Below, one piece after another: positions 60,458 through 64,000 of a stretch of 64,000 bases of DNA (position 1 is the stretch's first letter; every line of letters begins with the position of its first letter). The notes below the pieces were generated by a model. The model did not search any database and was not told where the DNA came from. It saw only the letters and a list, made by a program, of their open reading frames with translations. Where the stretch lies: contig OZ271918.1 in NCBI GenBank assembly GCA_965602015.1, forward strand, positions 3,776,001-3,840,000. Reading direction: 5' to 3'. The stretch is from Salinispira sp. (lineage in GTDB: Bacteria > Spirochaetota > Spirochaetia > DSM-27196 > Salinispiraceae). A program made the translations under genes and the position numbers.

Positions 60458-61627
60458 ATGAATATTACCATTGTCGGCACGGGTTACGTCGGAATGTCCA
60501 ACGCCGTATTGCTTGGTATGAGAAACCCCGTAATCGCTCTGGATATCGATGCTGGGCGCGTTGAAAAAATCAACAGGCACGAAACGACGATTATCGATCA
60601 GGACATTCAAGAATACCTTAACAACAACACGCTCTCGCTGACCGCCACCACCGATCCGGAATCGGCATATTCCGAAGCTGAGCTGATTCTCATCGCCACG
60701 CCGACGAATTATGATCCGGTTACCAATTACTTCGACACATCTTCTGTTGAATCAGTATTGGCTGATATTGCCCGGTACAATCCCGGCGCTCTGACGGTAA
60801 TCAAATCGACGGTTCCAGTGGGTTTTACCGAATCAATGAGAGCGAAATTTTCCTCCGACAACATCGTGTTCTCACCGGAGTTCTTGAGAGAGGGCAAGGC
60901 GCTGTATGACAACCTTCATCCGTCAAGGATTATCGTGGGTGACAGAAATGCGCGCACCGAGGCCTTTGCCGGCTTACTGCAAGCTGCAGCGCGTAAAAAA
61001 GATGTTCCGGTGCTCTACATGAAAAACACCGAGGCCGAGGCGGTCAAATTGTTCGCCAATACCTACCTGGCTATGCGGGTGGCGTACTTTAATGAGCTGG
61101 ACAGTTATGCCGAGGTTCACAACCTCGATACCCGCAGCATTATCAACGGCGTCTCTCTCGATCCGAGAATCGGCGATTATTATAACAACCCGAGCTTCGG
61201 ATACGGGGGATACTGCCTTCCCAAGGACACCAAGCAGCTGCTGGCGAATTACCAAAGCGTTCCCAATAACATCATTCAGGCCATTGTCGACGCCAATAGA
61301 ACCCGGAAGGATTTTATTGCCGAAAGAGTGCTTTCCCGTAAACCAAAAACCGTCGGTATTTATCGACTGACAATGAAGACCGACTCGGACAACTTCCGCA
61401 GCTCCGCAGTTCAGGGGATTATGAAACGTATAAAGGCGAAGGGTGTTTCTGTTATTGTGTTTGAGCCGGCGCTGGAAGAATCCGAGTTTTTTAATTCGCC
61501 GGTAATGACGGATTTTAGTGACTTTGCGGCACGGGCCGATGTCATTATTGCCAATAGAATTACCGATGAGCTCAAACCATATATCGACAAGGTCTATACC
61601 CGCGACCTTTTTCAGAAGGATGTATAA
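60458..61627 (+). CDS. ugd: UDP-glucose 6-dehydrogenase
   Basis: [31 protein letters not shown] and [19 protein letters not shown] motifs. Confidence 0.95.
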   Translation: MNITIVGTGYVGMSNAVLLGMRNPVIALDIDAGRVEKINRHETTIIDQDIQEYLNNNTLSLTATTDPESAYSEAELILIATPTNYDPVTNYFDTSSVESVLADIARYNPGALTVIKSTVPVGFTESMRAKFSSDNIVFSPEFLREGKALYDNLHPSRIIVGDRNARTEAFAGLLQAAARKKDVPVLYMKNTEAEAVKLFANTYLAMRVAYFNELDSYAEVHNLDTRSIINGVSLDPRIGDYYNNPSFGYGGYCLPKDTKQLLANYQSVPNNIIQAIVDANRTRKDFIAERVLSRKPKTVGIYRLTMKTDSDNFRSSAVQGIMKRIKAKGVSVIVFEPALEESEFFNSPVMTDFSDFAARADVIIANRITDELKPYIDKVYTRDLFQKDV

Positions 61628-62406
61628 TGGTTACACACCGATCTTTGGCAGCTGCGGTTTTTGCGGCGGTCCTTCACATAACAGTTTTTGCCCAGAGCAA
61701 TTCATCGCAGAATGAGATTCTGCGGAGCGTGGACAGTCTGGTGAATTACGGGGACTCGGATTTCTCCGCCGAGTACACCATATCCCAGGAGATTCCCGGA
61801 AGACCCGCCAATGTAACCAAAGCTGCGCTCTTCAGACGGGATGATGAGGAAAAGTATCTCATCCTTATTATGGAACCGGAAAGCGACAGGGGGAAAGGCT
61901 ACCTGAAAATTGGCAATAACCTCTGGCTTTACGATCCGGTGAGCCGCCGTTTTACGGTTACCAGCGCCCGCGACCGCTTTCAAAACTCAAATGCGAGAAA
62001 TTCCGACTTCACAAGCTCCACTCTTGCAGAAGATTATCGGGTGGTGTCCAGCAGCACCGAGCGACTCGGGGTGTACAATACCCGCGTTCTTGAACTTGAA
62101 GCCGTCAGCAATGACGTAACCTATCCGTTCATGAAAATATGGGTCGATGAGAACAATTTGGTGCGGAAATTCGAGGACTACAGCCTTTCCCGCCAACTGT
62201 TGCGGACCACCGCCATTCCCCGATATCAGCCCTTGGGCGATTTCTTTGTTCCCACTCAAATCGTCATTGTAGATGCCCTAGCCGGCGCTGAAGTTAACGG
62301 GGTGTTCAGAAATGAGCGAACGGTTATCAGCGTGGCGAAACCAAGCTTCCAGAATCTACCCGACCTGATGTTCACCCAGGCCTATTTGGAGCGCATCGGC
62401 CAATGA
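61627..62406 (+). CDS. Outer-membrane lipoprotein-sorting (LolA-fold, TP0789-like) periplasmic protein
   Basis: Signal peptide; P.SDRGKGYLK...NLWLYDP, FQNS...SDF and C-terminal LPD..FT..YLE motifs. Confidence 0.75.
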   Translation: MVTHRSLAAAVFAAVLHITVFAQSNSSQNEILRSVDSLVNYGDSDFSAEYTISQEIPGRPANVTKAALFRRDDEEKYLILIMEPESDRGKGYLKIGNNLWLYDPVSRRFTVTSARDRFQNSNARNSDFTSSTLAEDYRVVSSSTERLGVYNTRVLELEAVSNDVTYPFMKIWVDENNLVRKFEDYSLSRQLLRTTAIPRYQPLGDFFVPTQIVIVDALAGAEVNGVFRNERTVISVAKPSFQNLPDLMFTQAYLERIGQ

Positions 62407-63767
62407 GGACAAAGTGCATAACCCGCCGGGGTGTTTTTATCATTCTCACAATAGCTGCAATGCTTCTTTCTCAGACAGTTACTGCCCAGGATTCAATAGA
62501 TGATTTGTTTTCCGACCCGGACAGCACGGTGGACGAGCAATCCCCCGACGCCGGGAACGGCGAAGCAGAGTCAGCCGAAGGAAACGATGATTCATCCGGG
62601 GCTGTAGACATTGCCGCCCTCACCAGCTCAAGCGAACCGATAATCAAGGGCTCGGTGTCACTGGCCGGAAGCCTTGTGCTCGGATTGAGCGAATGGCCGG
62701 ATCTCAACTCGGATGCATCCCTTCCTGCCCAGGTGGCAAACAACTTCGACGGTTCTGCCTACTATGAAATGCGCTCGACGATTTCCGCGGATGTTCGGCC
62801 CACCTCATATTTCCGGTTCTTTGTTTCCGGCGCCACCGCTCTCGATGAAGCTTCTTTGAGCTTTCCGACCCCGAGCATTTCCGAACTGTTCGTCGATTAT
62901 ACCCTTAGTGAACGCGTGTTCTTCAGGGTCGGCAAACAGGCCGCCGCCTGGGGCCAGGGCCTTCTCATGGGCAATCCGACGAACCTGCTCGATGATATAG
63001 GCTCGAGCATTGCGGTAAAGGCCTTCCTGCCTATCGGCACAAACGGCCTCGACGTATTTATGTACTCAAAAGGCGCGTGGATAAATGACTCCAGCAGCCC
63101 GGGCCTGCCGGATTTTGCCTATGCAGGCATGCTTGACGGAAGCATCGGCAACTTCACCCTGGGAATCGCCGGCAAGTACAATGCCAACGGAAGCAATCCC
63201 GTTCCTCAGCCGGATCCGTTGGGAGGCGCTGAAGAGCAGACGGAACCCCTTGGCACGCCGAATCAGGTTTCCGGTTCAGCCTATATAAAAACCGCCCTAT
63301 GGGGCCTCGATGTTTCCACCGAGTTCAGGACCGACTTCCCCGATGACTTCTCCGCGGTGAACTACCGCAGCATTACCAACCTGTTTTATGAGTACGGAGC
63401 CATCGGCCTGCAGGCCATCGGGGAATATTACTTCGCGTACGGCCCTAACCACCTCATTCAAACAAGTTCGGAAGAGCGGGAAATTGCGCCATTCGGAATA
63501 CACAGGAGCGCCATTGGACTGCTGTTTTCACGGATAAGCTCCCTGAGAGGATGGAAACCCGGCATACGATGGTTTCATGACTATAGCGACATGTCCGGCC
63601 AGGTAGTGTTGGGAATTACCGGACCCCTGGCGCCAATGCTTTCTCTGAACTTCGCCCTGCCTGTAGTATACGGCGACGAGTTTGGCTACTACCGACAAAA
63701 CAACGAAGACCCCGCCGGTCGGGTTATTTCGACCCTGTTCCAGGTTTCCCTGAGCCGGAATTTTTAG
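62403..63767 (+). CDS. Hypothetical outer-membrane beta-barrel-like protein
   Basis: Signal peptide, acidic N-terminal linker, ELFVDY and RVGKQ..WGQG, C-terminal Phe. Confidence 0.6.
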   Translation: MRTKCITRRGVFIILTIAAMLLSQTVTAQDSIDDLFSDPDSTVDEQSPDAGNGEAESAEGNDDSSGAVDIAALTSSSEPIIKGSVSLAGSLVLGLSEWPDLNSDASLPAQVANNFDGSAYYEMRSTISADVRPTSYFRFFVSGATALDEASLSFPTPSISELFVDYTLSERVFFRVGKQAAAWGQGLLMGNPTNLLDDIGSSIAVKAFLPIGTNGLDVFMYSKGAWINDSSSPGLPDFAYAGMLDGSIGNFTLGIAGKYNANGSNPVPQPDPLGGAEEQTEPLGTPNQVSGSAYIKTALWGLDVSTEFRTDFPDDFSAVNYRSITNLFYEYGAIGLQAIGEYYFAYGPNHLIQTSSEEREIAPFGIHRSAIGLLFSRISSLRGWKPGIRWFHDYSDMSGQVVLGITGPLAPMLSLNFALPVVYGDEFGYYRQNNEDPAGRVISTLFQVSLSRNF

Positions 63768-64000
63768 GCACCATCAACGATAAAAGCCTTTCAGATATCT
63801 ACACCTCATTACCGAGTTCCCAAATAGGATGAGATTTTATACATGCGTCTTCAAAAGATACCGTTTGTAAATAGTTATGGACCACAGGCTGCAGCGCCAC
63901 TGTATGAGCCCGAGCTTGAAAATGCAGCACGGGTTGATAACAGCATTAAACTTGAAACGACCGGGAAGGCTTTTTTCAACCAATACTACCATATACTGGA

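Noticed and set aside
63843..64000. Partial ORF at the right edge of the window
   Set aside because: Only about 52 codons, with an open frame on both strands, so the strand and product cannot be assigned.
1..64000. tRNA or rRNA genes
   Set aside because: I recognised no cloverleaf/T-loop or rRNA signature in the intergenic regions by eye; a tRNAscan or Infernal run would be needed to confirm absence.

Overview
Bacterial chromosomal window, probably from a free-living spirochaete (inference from a spirochaete-type lipobox lipoprotein and a TP0789-like LolA-fold protein; not proven). Left to right: (1) 1-8283, a minus-strand glucosylglycerate/mannosylglucosylglycerate-type compatible-solute cluster (GH13 sugar phosphorylase, M20-like protein, GpgS, two GT4s, HAD phosphatase); (2) a membrane GGDEF protein, metK and metF; (3) 12.3-20.5 kb, an accessory array of two orphan Rhs toxin-tip/immunity cassettes. 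Each cassette is followed by a conserved ~0.9-kb module made of an attC-like palindrome, a structured spacer, a GxxExxY PD-(D/E)XK gene and a repeat-bearing leader. The first GxxExxY copy is split by a 2,926-bp three-gene TG...CA transposon with a 4-bp target duplication; (4) manC, a TrkA-C/SLC13 anion transporter, cysQ-cysD-cysNC (PAPS supply), an MNT-HEPN toxin-antitoxin pair and two envelope proteins; (5) 31.7-63.8 kb, two tandem surface-polysaccharide operons: an ABC (Wzm/Wzt) one with gmd-fcl and a sulfotransferase, and a Wzx/Wzy-type one led by a winged-helix regulator. Both are preceded by the same 133-bp promoter/palindromic operator/structured leader. The window ends with a LolE-like permease pair, ugd, a LolA-fold protein and a likely outer-membrane protein. 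The best novelty candidates are the Rhs-GxxExxY cassette array and the duplicated polysaccharide leader. All calls are from manual motif reading; no database search was run.
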